DNA from: Thermococcus sp. JdFR-02
GTDB taxonomy: Archaea > Methanobacteriota_B > Thermococci > Thermococcales > Thermococcaceae
Assembly: GCA_002009975.1 (NCBI GenBank)
Contig: MTLP01000003.1
Span: 1-45,373, forward strand
Length of the DNA: 45,373 nucleotides
Direction of reading: 5' to 3'
The notes beneath the pieces are model-generated. The model worked only from the letters and a program-made list of their open reading frames with translations. It was not told the DNA's origin and did not search any database. Positions 43,812 to 45,373 of the stretch are shown here, piece by piece (the stretch's first letter is position 1; each line of letters starts with the position of its first letter). The translations under genes and the position numbers were made by a program.

Positions 43812-45373
43812 ATGTTAGCAAGAGTGCTAGTTCTATTGGTCCTCTTTTCACTTGTGGTTCCTGCTATACACGGCGACATTCCTGGCTACGTTCTGTACCG
43901 CGACAAAACTTTAAATCTTACTGTGCAGATACCCGTTGTTATAGCTGGCGGTGACACATCCGGCTCGCTATACAGTCAGACACCGCGCTACCTCAAAGCT
44001 TTTACGCCACCTGTGCTCACGCTGACCTACCCGTTCAACGGCACCGAGCACTACAACACGACGGTGCCCTTGATCGGCAGCGTGCTCACAGCCAACGGTT
44101 TGAGCAGGGTGGAGTACTCCTTTGACGGTGGCAGCTGGCAGAGCGTTGGCTTCGAGCAGAAGGGGGCCTTTGACTACCACTTCAGCGCAAATCTCACGGC
44201 GAGCGACGGGAACCATACACTTACGGTGAGAGCCACTGACAAAAAAGGTCTGAGAAGTGAGGTGAGGGTCTGGTTCAGTGTTATTTCAGCAGGCGGCGAG
44301 TGGCGCGTCTATCGCGTGCCCTTCCCGATAAAGTTCTTCGGGTATAACAGTCAGGCGGTGTTCTACACCGACACCGGGTTTAAGGTGGTAATCAAAGCAG
44401 AGGGCGACGGGGCAAGCTACAGGGAACATCGCAGAGATCCGCTCACCAACCCGCTCAAGGTGTACGTCTACGACCCTCAGGGCAGGTTGTACGCCTCCAG
44501 CTACACCATCGGAGTGGGGCAGGGAAAGACGATCCCAGGCAAGCTTGACTTCTCCTATGAGGTGTGGGATGCTGACTATAACCCCGATTATACACTTTAC
44601 TACTACGAGGTCTGGCAGGCATCAAGGGGTCTAAGCACACCCAGGATATATTACTCCGAAGACGATGGGGGCTGGCTTCACATCAAAAACCTGAAGGTGT
44701 GGCTCTATGAGCCGAAGAATCTTCAGAGAAGCTACTCTATAACCAAATCGCTTGTGCACTGCTCCTATGATGACGATGACTGGGGTGTGTTCACTGGTCT
44801 TTATCAGGTGTACTCGATAGGCAGCATCAGCAAGAGCTGCTATTTCCAGCATCCGGTGATAACAGACAAGTTGGTGCTTTATGGAGACAAGGAAAAACCG
44901 AAGATCATACCGAGATTCTACAGAGCTACGCCGTTTGTGTACGCCAAGACCAAGGAAAAGAATTATGACTTTGACTTCTGCTGGAACCCTGAACTCATCT
45001 ACGGGGACAAAAAAACATGCCCACAAGACAGGTACAGGACAATATACCACCAGACCTTCCCCAGCACAGAGGTGACGAGAGACAATGTGGTGCTGAGGGC
45101 AACTGATGACTCGGGCTACAAGAGAACCACAAGGCTTGAGACCTACAGGAGAAAGAGGAATGAGATAGACGGCTGGAAGTCGATCAACGATGCCTTCTCC
45201 GCGCCATCGCCAGCGGTCACCGTCTACATCCGGAAGCAGGGTGGCTCTTGGGTCACTGCAGGCAGGTACACCTTCGAGTACCCGTACAATGTCCACATAA
45301 GCTATGTGAGCAGTGTGAGCGAGTACTACAGTGATCGCAGTATCAACGTAGGCACGGAGTACTTCTACGCCAG
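43812..45373 (+). CDS. Large secreted Ig-like-domain protein, partial (runs off the window; absent from the ORF track)
   Basis: Open frame from ATG 43812 to the window end; signal peptide MLARVLVLLVLFSLVVPAIHG; PPVLTLTYP...VEYSFDGGSW...DGNHTLTVRATD Ig-like motif. Confidence 0.85.
   Translation, partial: MLARVLVLLVLFSLVVPAIHGDIPGYVLYRDKTLNLTVQIPVVIAGGDTSGSLYSQTPRYLKAFTPPVLTLTYPFNGTEHYNTTVPLIGSVLTANGLSRVEYSFDGGSWQSVGFEQKGAFDYHFSANLTASDGNHTLTVRATDKKGLRSEVRVWFSVISAGGEWRVYRVPFPIKFFGYNSQAVFYTDTGFKVVIKAEGDGASYREHRRDPLTNPLKVYVYDPQGRLYASSYTIGVGQGKTIPGKLDFSYEVWDADYNPDYTLYYYEVWQASRGLSTPRIYYSEDDGGWLHIKNLKVWLYEPKNLQRSYSITKSLVHCSYDDDDWGVFTGLYQVYSIGSISKSCYFQHPVITDKLVLYGDKEKPKIIPRFYRATPFVYAKTKEKNYDFDFCWNPELIYGDKKTCPQDRYRTIYHQTFPSTEVTRDNVVLRATDDSGYKRTTRLETYRRKRNEIDGWKSINDAFSAPSPAVTVYIRKQGGSWVTAGRYTFEYPYNVHISYVSSVSEYYSDRSINVGTEYFYA

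Larger units (their letters stand above)
2477..45373. mobile_element. Interior of a putative large archaeal conjugative/integrative element or plasmid-like region; boundaries not resolved
   Basis: VirB2- and PrgI-like genes, pilins, ParA/MinD, mostly orphan genes, defence cargo, shared private promoter motif; no integrase or att site seen. Confidence 0.5.

Noticed and set aside
1-45373. tRNA, rRNA, integrase, capsid/terminase or replication genes
   Set aside because: None recognised by eye, so a provirus call and element ends cannot be supported from this window.

Overview
Archaeal DNA (GGAGGTG/GGTGA ribosome-binding sites, TATA boxes, class III signal peptides, archaeal MinD and DUF2226), probably from a thermophile. 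After a CcmF-like gene at the left edge, the window reads as the interior of a large mobile or accessory region with two interleaved layers. (1) A GC-richer backbone for cell-surface contact or transfer: about 8 pilin-like proteins, a TadC/ArlJ-like platform protein, VirB2-like and PrgI/VirB3-like proteins, large secreted Ig/Cys-rich proteins, an unannotated TatA, a DsbC-like lipoprotein, three MinD/ParA ATPases, DUF2226, a wHTH protein and a membrane protein ending in a nuclease-like domain. (2) AT-rich cargo inserted between backbone transcription units: a wHTH-fused catalytically inactive long Argonaute with a Zn-ribbon PD-(D/E)XK partner, Shedu, a RecD2-like helicase-nuclease, an ABC-type ATPase pair, an orphan Trypco-like protein, DUF2254 and orphan membrane proteins. 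The strongest unexplained signal is a motif, (T/G)GATTC(T/C)TTTWWAW, found 19 times. It sits 36-40 nt (often exactly 36) before backbone start codons, was not seen in front of the AT-rich cargo genes, and in five cases begins with the previous gene's TGA stop. It looks like a dedicated promoter class with a non-canonical BRE position that defines an element-wide regulon. No integrase, VirB4, pilus ATPase, prepilin peptidase, tRNA, rRNA or CRISPR array was recognised, so element type and boundaries are inferred. All family calls come from reading motifs by eye, not from database searches.
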